64,000 nt of DNA, from positions 1 to 64,000 of the IMG/VR virus record IMGVR_UViG_3300029309_000001, one strand, 5' to 3'. Below the pieces are notes generated by a model, which was not told where the DNA came from, did not search any database, and worked only from the letters and a program-made list of their open reading frames with translations. This stretch comes from a virus. This document shows positions 26,103 through 36,800 of the stretch, piece after piece (the stretch's first letter is position 1; each line of letters begins with the position of its first letter). Position numbers and translations under genes: made by a program.

Positions 26103-27962
26103 ATGAATTTAAACAACAAGATTCTAAGTGACATTACTGTCCATATGAAATACGCAAAATATTTACCAAAATTAGAAAGAAGAGAAACATGGGAAGAACT
26201 TGTTGATCGTAATAAAGCTATGCATATTAAAAAATATCCACAGTTAAAAGAGCAAATTGAAGATGTATATAAATTTGTATATGATAAAAAAGTTTTACCT
26301 TCTATGAGATCCATGCAGTTTGGTGGTAAACCTATTGAGATTTCTCCTAATAGAGTATATAATTGTGCATATCTTCCTATAGATAGTTTAGATTCATTTA
26401 GTGAATGTATGTTTCTTCTTCTTGGCGGAACAGGAGTTGGCTATTCTGTACAAAAACATCATGTAGAAAAACTACCTCGTATTAATAAACCTTATGGTAA
26501 AAGAACAAAAAGATACCTTATTGGAGATAGTATAGAAGGTTGGGCTGATGCAGTTAAAATTCTTATGAAATCTTATATGAATGGTAGATCATCTAAAATA
26601 ATATTTGACTATTCAGACATTAGACCTAAAGGTGCAGCATTAGTTACATCAGGTGGTAAAGCTCCTGGCCCTCAACCACTTAAAGAATGTTTAGTTAAAA
26701 TAGAAGGATTGCTAAGTTCAAAAGAAGATGGAGATGTTTTATCAACAATAGAAACACATGATATTATTTGTTATATTGCTGACGCTGTGTTAGCTGGTGG
26801 TATTAGAAGAGCTGCTCTTATTAGTTTATTTAGTGCTCATGATGAAGAAATGATTGGTTGTAAATCAGGATCATGGTGGGAAAAAAATCCACAAAGAGGT
26901 AGAGCTAATAACTCTGCTGTACTTATGAGACATAAAATAACTAAAAAGTTTTTTATGGACTTATGGAAACGTGTTGAATTATCTGGTTCTGGTGAGCCAG
27001 GTATATACTTTAATAATGATAAAGACTGGGGTACTAATCCATGTTGTGAAATAGCATTACGTCCTTATCAATTCTGTAATCTGTGTGAAGTAAATGTATC
27101 AAATGTTGAGTCTCAAAAAGATTTTGAAGCTAGAGTTAAAGCTGCTGCATTTATTGGTACACTTCAAGCGGGTTATACTAACTTTCATTATTTAAGACAG
27201 ATATGGAAAGAGACAACAGAAAGAGACGCTCTTATAGGTGTGTCAATGACAGGAATAGGGAGTGCCGTTGTGCTCCAAATGGATATGAAGGAAGCTGCAA
27301 ATATAGTAAAAAGAGAGAACGCAAGAGTAGCCAAATTAATAGGGATAAACAAAGCAGCTAGATGTACAACTGTAAAACCTGCAGGAACAACATCTTTAAC
27401 TCTTGGAACAAGTTCTGGTATTCATGCATGGCATAATGATTATTATATAAGAAGAATACGTGTAGGTAAAAATGAATCTATATATAATTACCTAGCTATA
27501 AATCATCCAGAGTTAGTTGAAGATGATTATTTTAGAGCTCATGATACTGCTGTAATTAGCATTCCACAAAAAGCCCCTGAAGGATCTATCCTTAGAACAG
27601 AGTCACCATTCCAATTATTAGAAAGAGTTAAAAAAGTTGCAACAGAATGGGTAACACCAGGTCACAGAACTGGATCAAATACTCATAATGTATCAGCAAC
27701 TATATCTTTAAGAGAACATGAATGGGATGCTGCAGGAAAATGGATGTGGGAAAATAGAGATTATTATAATGGTTTGTCTGTATTACCTTATGATGGTGGT
27801 ACATATACTCAAGCTCCATTTGAAGATATAAGTAAAGAAAAATATAATGAAATGAAACAATCTTTATTAGATATAGATTTATCTAAAGTTGTTGAAGTAG
27901 AAGATAATACTGATCTTAAAGGTGAGTTAGCTTGTGCAGGTGGTGCATGTGAGATTACATAG
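26103..27962 (+). CDS. nrdJ: Class II (adenosylcobalamin-dependent, monomeric-type) ribonucleotide reductase
   Basis: RRETWEE, VYNC, GTGVG, GGIRRAALI, TNPCCEI, TTVKPAGT, C-terminal ACAGGACEI; no beta subunit gene nearby. Confidence 0.9.
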   Translation: MNLNNKILSDITVHMKYAKYLPKLERRETWEELVDRNKAMHIKKYPQLKEQIEDVYKFVYDKKVLPSMRSMQFGGKPIEISPNRVYNCAYLPIDSLDSFSECMFLLLGGTGVGYSVQKHHVEKLPRINKPYGKRTKRYLIGDSIEGWADAVKILMKSYMNGRSSKIIFDYSDIRPKGAALVTSGGKAPGPQPLKECLVKIEGLLSSKEDGDVLSTIETHDIICYIADAVLAGGIRRAALISLFSAHDEEMIGCKSGSWWEKNPQRGRANNSAVLMRHKITKKFFMDLWKRVELSGSGEPGIYFNNDKDWGTNPCCEIALRPYQFCNLCEVNVSNVESQKDFEARVKAAAFIGTLQAGYTNFHYLRQIWKETTERDALIGVSMTGIGSAVVLQMDMKEAANIVKRENARVAKLIGINKAARCTTVKPAGTTSLTLGTSSGIHAWHNDYYIRRIRVGKNESIYNYLAINHPELVEDDYFRAHDTAVISIPQKAPEGSILRTESPFQLLERVKKVATEWVTPGHRTGSNTHNVSATISLREHEWDAAGKWMWENRDYYNGLSVLPYDGGTYTQAPFEDISKEKYNEMKQSLLDIDLSKVVEVEDNTDLKGELACAGGACEIT

Positions 27963-28084
27963 TACCTAAAGCAAAGACAACTATCATTATTAAAATATAT
28001 ATTGCTGGGGTTATATCTATACGTTTCATATAAATAATATATAAATTATAACCTCAGTTTATGTTAACTAAACATTAAATAATT

Positions 28085-28255
28085 ATGAATAAATCAATTG
28101 ATAAAATAGCAGAAGAAATATCTTTTAAACTATTGGCAACAAAAGATCATCCTGATCATGAATGGTTAAAACAAAAACTAAGAGAGCTTGTTAGAGAAGA
28201 AATAAATAAATTCTTTATTGAATCTGAAAAAACAAACAAAGATGTGTTGGATTGA
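28085..28255 (+). CDS. Small hypothetical protein, 56 aa (not in the ORF track)
   Basis: MNKSIDKIAEEISFKLLATKDHPDHEWLKQKLRELVREEINKFFIESEKTNKDVLD; AT-rich leader. Confidence 0.55.
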   Translation: MNKSIDKIAEEISFKLLATKDHPDHEWLKQKLRELVREEINKFFIESEKTNKDVLD

Positions 28256-28275
28256 AAAATTATATTATGGGTATC

Positions 28276-31200
28276 CTATTTAATATAGAAGTTTTTAATA
28301 TTATCAAAAGCTAACCATCTATTAATAGTATATACTAATGGTATAAAGTCTCCCCATTCTTTACCTAATTTAGCTTTACCTTTTCTTGATCCTCTTGTAT
28401 AGTATAATCCAGAATCTTTTTTCCATTGTTCAAATTCATATGTACCATCTTCTTGACCTAGATATGCTGGTAAATTAGGTATCCACCTCATTGTTTCTAA
28501 CATAGCTTCACTAAACTCACCTGCTATTCTAGTTGATGATATAGGACTTTCTAAAATTTGTATTTGTTCTCTACCTCCAAAGACTGGAACATATAATAAC
28601 ATTTCTTTTTGTAATCTATTTGCTTGATACATAAATGCATTTTCAAATCTTTTTCTTGTAGCTGATTTCATTGAATCATCATCATCTTCATCCCAATTAG
28701 CTAATAGACTATTTAACATGTATACAGACATAAAAATCATTAGTTCTCCTAAAGTTCTATGAACATTTCCTAATTTCATTTTACCTTTATCTCCATGATA
28801 TTCTTTATAGTTAGCTTGAAGTTTTCCTATGCTTTGTAAATTTCTTGCAGCATAAGCTAAAAAATTAAGCATTGATCTATATCTACCTTCTTTCCAACCT
28901 AAATTTTCATCAAAGTATTCTGTTCTAAATCTAGCTCTTACAGCTGGCGCAATCCATTTATGAAATTGTGCTGCAAGCATACCAATAGTATGTGCTTGAA
29001 TAACCATTCTATCTTCTCTTGCATAGTTACCATGTACTTCTTTATTTACTTCACGTATGTAATTTCTTACTTCAAATCTAACTTTATCATTCCATTTTTT
29101 TCTTTTACCACTTTTTAAAGTTACATGAGTATATCCATCTTTCATACTCATTTTACCAGTAGTAGCATCATATTTTAATGCATCATATAATGATATAACT
29201 TTTCTACCACCTTCTCCTTCTTGTTTACCATTATCTACTTCTAAACTATATAATATAGATAGTCCTATTTTAGTTTGTACATTATATTCAAATGCATCGT
29301 TTAATGAATATGCAACAGAGTTAAGCATTCTAGAAGCTCTTCCTTCTACACCTGGAGTTTTAGTTGTTTCACGTATATCTGTTTTGTCATCTAACATTCT
29401 AAAATAATCTACACTTGCTTCAAACTTACTATAAGGTTTATACTCTTCATACTTACCTGTACCAAAAGCACCATAATAATTATGAGCCCATTTATTAAAA
29501 TAATCAAATCCCATACGTTTGTTAAACTCTGCAGTAGCTTTAACATATGCTGATCTATCAAAATATAATCCTCCTATTGCTTCAATACCATTATTAACTC
29601 TACCCATTACAAAGTTATTAATGTTACCAAATACGTTAAATCCTACATAACCTAAAGATGAAAAAGAAACTACTTTTTGTGATAATTTATCATACCATTC
29701 TAAACTTCTTTTTTCATTATCATAATAAGTCATACTCATCCACTTACGTGCTCTTTGTAATAATCTTGCTTCACCTCTTGTAGATCCACTACCTTTAAGA
29801 CCAACTCTTTTAAATCCTTCTTTTAACTTACTTACTACTTTAAATTCAGCAGGTTCATAATTTCTTTTTTCCATAGTATGCATAACAGCTTTTAAAGTAT
29901 CTTCTATTTGACCTAGACTTTCATAGTTTTGTGCCATAGCTCCAAATCTTAAAAGATTGTCTGCCATATCTCTACTCATTTGTTTTGTAGTAGGTGCATT
30001 TTGTAATCTGTTTCTTTCTAATCTTAATTTTTTTAATTCTTCTTTTAATGACTCTTCTTCTTTAGCATTTTTTGCTGTTTTTATTTGTTTTATTTTAAGT
30101 TGTATTTTATTATTAATTTCTGTAAGATCTTCTTCAGTTTTAGGATTACCTATATAATAAATAGGAAGAGTATCTTCTACAAAATTTCCATACTCATCAA
30201 AAGCAACTATCTCTTGTTTTGTAGTAGTGTTCCAAAAATTTGTCCAACCTTCTCCCATTTTACCCCATAGTCTTTTAACTATATCAGGTTTTTTTTCTAA
30301 CTCTCTCATAAACCTATCTCTTATAATAGGACTTTTTCCTGACATTAACATTTCAATATTTTTAGGTAACATAGGAAGTAATTCATCTTCATATATTCTT
30401 CTAAACATTAAATAGAAATCTTTTTGTGCTCTTTCTAATTCATTTTGTGGATTCATTATTTTAAGATACTTTGAATCTCTCATTTCTTGTCCATCAGAAG
30501 TAACTTCTCTTTTTTCTACATAATCTTTTTTAATTACATTCATTGTATCTAATTTAACTAGACCTGTAAATTCACCATTAGAATTTTTAATTTTTCTATA
30601 ATATGTTATTTCATCATAGTATTTATTTTTAAAATTTTGAATCTCTATATCAGATACACCATTCTTTCTAACGTATTGTCTAACAGAAGGTTTATATTCC
30701 ATAACTCTATTTCTAGCATCTAAAAATTCTTTAGTTAATCTATGATATTTACCATCTTTTCTACCTTCTCTAGTTAATTCTTCAGGACGCATAAATTCAG
30801 AAAAAGCTTCTTTTGCTTTTGCTAATTTTATATTATGTTCTTTTTCTGCATCAGTTAATTCATCACCATTTAATCTTTCTATATATCTTAATGCATTTCC
30901 TTCTGAGTCAGAAAGTTTATCATATAGTTCATTAAGCTTACTATAATATTGAAAACCTATTTCTTTTACATATCTACCTGTCCATTCACCTTCATCAAAC
31001 ACTTGCATAAAACTATAATCAATAGTATTACCAGGAATGAGTTTTAATAATCTTGTAGCTGCTGCTCTTATCTCTTCATTTCTATTTTGAATTTTATCTA
31101 ACAACTCTTGTTTTTTAGCTTTAAATTCTTTTGCCATTAAAGCTAACAATATATCTTGTGAAGTATCTGCATCACCTGTTAAATGACCTATCATTCCAAT

Positions 31201-33879
31201 ATCTTCTGTGTGTTTTATCATTGCTCTCACATCATCTTCAGTAAGATCATTTCTGTTAGTTTTTTCAAAAGCCCAAGATACAACATAGTTTTCTAAAGCA
31301 TTATCTAATATACCTGGTTCTTTATCTCCTCTATCATTTTGATCTGGACCTACAAGATCATTTAATCTTGTTTGAAGTTTTTCTTTTAATATTAACTGTG
31401 TTTTATTTAAACCATCTGCATCTGATATATTTGCTAATCCACGGTATGTCTCAATAAATTTTTTCCAATATAGAACATGTTTAATATATTCAGGATCATT
31501 AAAATTATTTTTATCACCTAAATATGCAACTACATCATCTATTTTTTTAATTGCATCTTGTAACATATCTGTAAATACAATATCTACTGTACCTCTAAGC
31601 ATTGCTACATTAATAGCTGATATAGTTTGTTCTAATTCTTCTATGTATTGTGATTGAGACATGTTAAATAAAGTACTTCTTCTTAATGACTCAATAGCTT
31701 TTTTTCTTGTTATTGCTTCTTTTTTAAATGTATTTACAGCATCAAACATAGCACTGTATGCAGCATCTGTAGGTGCATCATCTTGTGGTTCTTGTTCTTG
31801 TGGTTGTTCATTTAATACTTTATTTGGTTCAAATATACCTGCAGCTTCAAGAGCAGAATCTAAAGTATTTTCTGAAGTTTGATTAACTCTATAAGGAACT
31901 ATTTGATCTACATATCTTTTGCTTTCAGATGATGGATGAAATCTTGTTCCATCTAATTTAAAGTAACCAGTAAATTTTTGATCTTTACCTTTACCTTCTA
32001 TACCAACCATCACATGAAAAGTTTGTGATTGCTCATGAACTTCATAACCTTTATTTTCTAATATTCTTTTGTATAGATTAGTTTGTATAGCATGTTGTTG
32101 ACTTGTTGTAAATACTTTTTTATTAGGATCTTTTGAATCATAAAATATACTTCCTTCTGAGACAGGATAAACTACATCTGTATAACCAAAACTTTTACTT
32201 GAATTTTTACTAGACTTTAAATCTATAATAGTAAGGGTACCATCAGGATGTATACGTAATAAATCAATCATACCTGCAATACCACTTTCTTTATCTGATA
32301 CTATAACTTGTGGTATTAAAACACTACCATCTGCTTCTAAACCAAAAGTATAATTTTCTAATGCTGCATAAGCATCTCTAGCAGTTTTTTCATCTAATAC
32401 ATTTAATTTAGGCATTTCTTCAAAAGGAATGTTCATAGTAATACTTTCTAATAAAGTATCAAAGTCATTTCCTAATAATCTATTTAATTCATAAAGACCT
32501 TCTGTATCTGTAAGTTCTCCTTTTATTGCAGTAGTAACAGACTTATAAGTTATATCACTATCAGAAAGATTAATATATTTATGATTTTTTCTATCTAATA
32601 TAACATTATCTGTACTTAATCCGTTTATATCAAACTTAGAATTTTCAACTACATTAAAGAAGTTATCTATAATCATTTTTTGTACATCATTAGATTTACC
32701 TCTAACATAGTCTAGTACTTTTTTAGTATTAGGATCTAATGAATATCTTACTTGTGAATCTATTTTAGGATTAAATAATATTTGTAAATCTTCTGTATTT
32801 AATAATTGAGCAATATCAGTTAGTTTAGAATTAGGTTTTATATCATTAACATTTAATCTTAATTGATCTCCTACAACATAATCTGCTACTTGTTGTACTA
32901 AATTTAAAAACCATTTTAATAAATCTGCTAATTTAGATCTCCAATTTTGTGTAGGATTTTGTTCGTATTCTTGTTTAAAATGACGTGCTAATGATTGTGT
33001 TAACAATTCAATATCTCTATCTATTGGTGTAAAACCTCTACCATCTGTATATACATTATCTATTTCTTGTTTTAATAAAGGAAACATTTCTTTTGCTTCA
33101 TTTAATAAATTGTTATATAAAGTTGGATTATCTTGTTTTGCAGCAGCTACAAAAGGATGTAACATTTCTTCAATAGCTATTTCAGAAGTTACTCTACCTT
33201 GTATTAGTTTAACATTACCATCTTGAACATAAGAATTAATTTGATCAAAAGGAACTTTAGCTTTATGTTCAGAAGGTAAATTATTGTAATATGTTTTTGC
33301 TTCTGCTACAGTAACAGCATCTACATTAACAGTAGGAAATGTTCTTTGTAATTGTGATATAATATCTACAATATGTGTTTTATTTTTATTTACTGTTTCT
33401 TTTATTTCATCTAAATTTTCAAGATTTTTTTCATTTATATCTACTATAAATGTTTCAAAATATGTAGGGTTAGATCTATCTACATTATTTGATATTTTTC
33501 TAAATGTTACAGCTTCAAGAGGTATATTATTAAATTGTAATAATTTTAATACTTTATTATAATTTGTTTTTAATACAGCAGGACTAAAAGCTCTTGTAGC
33601 TGGATTACTATGATTTACTCTGTACTCACCATATATATTATGAATAATATTTTTTCTACTAAGATTTGCAAGAATAGATTTTTTATAATTCTTTTTATTT
33701 AAAGACATCATAGTCTTTCTTCTAGCTATTATGTTTTCAACATCTGCTACAGTAGGTATTTCATCTGATTGAGTAACTCTTTGATAGGTATCTATAAATC
33801 CATCAACAGTTAATTTGTTTTTGTATTTAGTTTCTAAAGCCTTATATTGAGGCGTATTTCTATTATAACAAGTAGCCAT
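28276..33879 (-). CDS. Giant virion cargo protein with a degenerate zincin motif and a PD-(D/E)xK nuclease domain
   Basis: IAIEEMLHPF; IAGMIDLLRIHPDGTLTIIDLKS...QTNLYKRIL; coupled to the vRNAP gene as in crAss-like phages. Confidence 0.75.
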   Translation of the reverse strand: MATCYNRNTPQYKALETKYKNKLTVDGFIDTYQRVTQSDEIPTVADVENIIARRKTMMSLNKKNYKKSILANLSRKNIIHNIYGEYRVNHSNPATRAFSPAVLKTNYNKVLKLLQFNNIPLEAVTFRKISNNVDRSNPTYFETFIVDINEKNLENLDEIKETVNKNKTHIVDIISQLQRTFPTVNVDAVTVAEAKTYYNNLPSEHKAKVPFDQINSYVQDGNVKLIQGRVTSEIAIEEMLHPFVAAAKQDNPTLYNNLLNEAKEMFPLLKQEIDNVYTDGRGFTPIDRDIELLTQSLARHFKQEYEQNPTQNWRSKLADLLKWFLNLVQQVADYVVGDQLRLNVNDIKPNSKLTDIAQLLNTEDLQILFNPKIDSQVRYSLDPNTKKVLDYVRGKSNDVQKMIIDNFFNVVENSKFDINGLSTDNVILDRKNHKYINLSDSDITYKSVTTAIKGELTDTEGLYELNRLLGNDFDTLLESITMNIPFEEMPKLNVLDEKTARDAYAALENYTFGLEADGSVLIPQVIVSDKESGIAGMIDLLRIHPDGTLTIIDLKSSKNSSKSFGYTDVVYPVSEGSIFYDSKDPNKKVFTTSQQHAIQTNLYKRILENKGYEVHEQSQTFHVMVGIEGKGKDQKFTGYFKLDGTRFHPSSESKRYVDQIVPYRVNQTSENTLDSALEAAGIFEPNKVLNEQPQEQEPQDDAPTDAAYSAMFDAVNTFKKEAITRKKAIESLRRSTLFNMSQSQYIEELEQTISAINVAMLRGTVDIVFTDMLQDAIKKIDDVVAYLGDKNNFNDPEYIKHVLYWKKFIETYRGLANISDADGLNKTQLILKEKLQTRLNDLVGPDQNDRGDKEPGILDNALENYVVSWAFEKTNRNDLTEDDVRAMIKHTEDIGMIGHLTGDADTSQDILLALMAKEFKAKKQELLDKIQNRNEEIRAAATRLLKLIPGNTIDYSFMQVFDEGEWTGRYVKEIGFQYYSKLNELYDKLSDSEGNALRYIERLNGDELTDAEKEHNIKLAKAKEAFSEFMRPEELTREGRKDGKYHRLTKEFLDARNRVMEYKPSVRQYVRKNGVSDIEIQNFKNKYYDEITYYRKIKNSNGEFTGLVKLDTMNVIKKDYVEKREVTSDGQEMRDSKYLKIMNPQNELERAQKDFYLMFRRIYEDELLPMLPKNIEMLMSGKSPIIRDRFMRELEKKPDIVKRLWGKMGEGWTNFWNTTTKQEIVAFDEYGNFVEDTLPIYYIGNPKTEEDLTEINNKIQLKIKQIKTAKNAKEEESLKEELKKLRLERNRLQNAPTTKQMSRDMADNLLRFGAMAQNYESLGQIEDTLKAVMHTMEKRNYEPAEFKVVSKLKEGFKRVGLKGSGSTRGEARLLQRARKWMSMTYYDNEKRSLEWYDKLSQKVVSFSSLGYVGFNVFGNINNFVMGRVNNGIEAIGGLYFDRSAYVKATAEFNKRMGFDYFNKWAHNYYGAFGTGKYEEYKPYSKFEASVDYFRMLDDKTDIRETTKTPGVEGRASRMLNSVAYSLNDAFEYNVQTKIGLSILYSLEVDNGKQEGEGGRKVISLYDALKYDATTGKMSMKDGYTHVTLKSGKRKKWNDKVRFEVRNYIREVNKEVHGNYAREDRMVIQAHTIGMLAAQFHKWIAPAVRARFRTEYFDENLGWKEGRYRSMLNFLAYAARNLQSIGKLQANYKEYHGDKGKMKLGNVHRTLGELMIFMSVYMLNSLLANWDEDDDDSMKSATRKRFENAFMYQANRLQKEMLLYVPVFGGREQIQILESPISSTRIAGEFSEAMLETMRWIPNLPAYLGQEDGTYEFEQWKKDSGLYYTRGSRKGKAKLGKEWGDFIPLVYTINRWLAFDNIKNFYIK

Positions 33880-36800
33880 TATTTACAATTATTTATTATT
33901 TCTATAAACCTTTCTGCTGTGCCGTCAAAGTTATTAAATTCTTCTAACAATCCTTCTAAGTTAGATCTTTTTGTTTGATTTAAAGCTTCATATCTATTTG
34001 TTGCAGGATCTGCCCACCAATCTCTAATCTTTTTTATTTCTGTATCAGACTTAGAAGACTTATCATTTTGTTTAGCATTTAACATATTTAATAACATGCT
34101 AGTAGCTGCTAATTGTTGATCCTGTATTTCTTGTGGTGCTTGATCTATATTAACATCAGTTACATCAGATTCTTTTTTAAGATCTGTATTTTCTAATGAT
34201 TTACCATCTATAGTTATCCCTTTATTAGTAGACTGTACATTTTCTCCTGTATTTACTGCTTGATCATATAAGTCTTGTATATTAGATAAATCTAATCCTG
34301 CTAGTTGTTCTTCAAGATCTTTTAAGTCAAGACCTGCAATAAGATTATCTACAGCATCAGATTTATATTTTTTCTTTAATGCATCATGAGTAGGAACTTC
34401 ACCATTAACAAATGCAACAGCTGTGTTTTGATTAGAACCTACTAGTTCTACAGGTGTATAAGTAGCTTGAAAACCTTTTACAATATTTTCTTCTCCTTCA
34501 AGCATGTTTAATATATCACCTGTCTGTGAAAATCTTTTTTCTCTATATACTTGATTTAATTCAAAATAATTAACGTATGTACTTCCAAATTGATCTTGAT
34601 ATTCATTTCTTAAATATAATGGTAAAATCATTTCTAAATAAACTCTACCTTGATCTTCTACTCTATTAAATTTAATTCCTATACTACTTAAATAGCTAGC
34701 ATTTGCTATAAGTTTTTTATACTCATTAGATTTTGTATTTACAAATATAGAAGCTCCTTTTCTTTGTAATTTAAACTTTTTACCTTTTACAACCTTTTGC
34801 CCTTTTTTATTTATAAATGAACTTACACCATTAAATATATTTAATTGTAAGTTACCATCTGAATCAATATGTGCAGCATTAGATGTATCTTTTGTAATAC
34901 GTCTTACTGTAGGTATTAAATAACCATTTTTATTAGCTTTTAAATAACCTTGTGTAAAATCATTATTTAATTCTTCTTGACTCATTCCAAATACAAGATT
35001 AGTATCTGATGCTGTATTTGATTTAAACATTTTATGACCAGTACTAATAGCTCTTAATACTTGATCAAACATAAAAGCAGGAACTGCAGATAAAAAAGTA
35101 TTTCTATCAAATTGCATACCATCTTTAACTAATAAGTAATGCATTAAGTTATATGCATGTTCTCTTAATGCTGGTATACTATATATTTCAGCAAAGCTTG
35201 CTTGTAGATCAACAGCTTTTGTATCAGACATTTTTGTCCAATTATTTCCTTTTAGTCTATTTAAACCAGCTTTATTGTTTTCATTTGATGCTAAATCTAA
35301 ATAAACAAATTTATCTATAAAGTAATTTTCTTGTCCTTTGCTAGCAAAATAATTACGTATACTACTAACAACTTCTTCTATAGTTAAAGTATTTTCTCCA
35401 CCTATATCATCATATATCATTCCGTTTTGTAATGATCCAAGTTTTTGTATACCATTAGGAGTATTCATTAAAAACTGTCTATAAGCTTTAATAGTTAAAT
35501 AACTAAGTATATCTTTTTCTATTTGTAATTTTCTTTTAGGATCTATTATCATAGAGTTATTAACCATGTTTGCTAATACAGTATCTTTTATTCTTTGGAA
35601 TGGTTTAGTTCTTGTAATAAATACTGCTGGTATTAAATCTTCTGTAAACTCTTTAAATATTTTATAATACGTAGCACGGAAATCATTTCCTTTTATAATA
35701 GGTCTAGCATCAAAAGGAACAGGAACTCCATCAGTTAAACTGTCATCTAAACCTTCAGTTATACTCATATAATTTTGATCAGTTAAATTTTTAAAATCAT
35801 TATTATTTAAATCTAAACCTAACTTTTTAAAATCAAGTGCTTTAGAATCTAAAGATTCCATGCTTTGACCAAATCCAGAAAGTAAATCAACTAAAGAACC
35901 TAAATAACCAACATAGTCTGATATTCTTTTTCCATTAATAATTTGTTGATTAATAGCATATTCAATAGAAGCATCTTTATCTGAATATTCTTCTGGTGTT
36001 TGTCCAGTAATATTTTTACCAAAACCTTGTGTTAATGGTTGTGTAGGATCTACCCAATCATTTTTAATTGCAGCTCTTAAAACTTGATCTGTAACAGGTT
36101 GTGTATTTATTTCATAATTTAATTGTAAAAATCTTTGTCTCTTTTTTAGAATAGATACAATACCAGGATCAGTTGGTTTTGATTTATTAAGTGCTAAATC
36201 ATATCCTAATTTGATTACAGGATTTTTAAGTATTAATATACTAGTTTCAAGAGGAACACCTAAAGATGTCCAAGATGCAACAATAGATAATGAACTTCTA
36301 TTTATTCCTAATACATCAGCCAATCTTTCTTTAGCATTATCTGTAGCCATTGTAATTAAAGCTGATATAGCATATTGTGTTCTTGTAGCTTTATCTTTAG
36401 GCTTACCATCTAAAGTATATGGTGTAGCAAAAGTATCAAAAGTTCTTCTGTTAAATCTAACTATACCAGTTGGACCCAAAGCTTCATTTCTTATTTTTAT
36501 ATTGTTTACACCTAGCATTGAAAGAACAACATTAGGACGAACAACTGCACCAATAGCTCCTTCACCAGTTTTAATACTTGCCCATGTTTCTACAAGACCT
36601 AATAAACTATCAGGATCAACATCTTCTGGATTAGCAAAATCTGCTATCTCAGGAAATTCTGCTTGTAATAAATCTCTTATTTCATATAAAGGTTCTAAAT
36701 TAGCAGGTTCATTCCCATAACCTATTTCTCTATTATCTATAGGTTTTACTACACCTTCATTTGCAACTAATGCTATTCTTTGATCTAATATATCATTGTT

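Noticed and set aside
8317-27962. Inteins or introns in polB and nrdJ
   Set aside because: Both genes are compact and continuous, with no splice-junction or homing endonuclease motifs seen.
28242-28283. 13-aa micro-ORF MCWIEKLYYGYPI
   Set aside because: Too short to support; it overlaps both flanking stop regions and has no recognisable motif.
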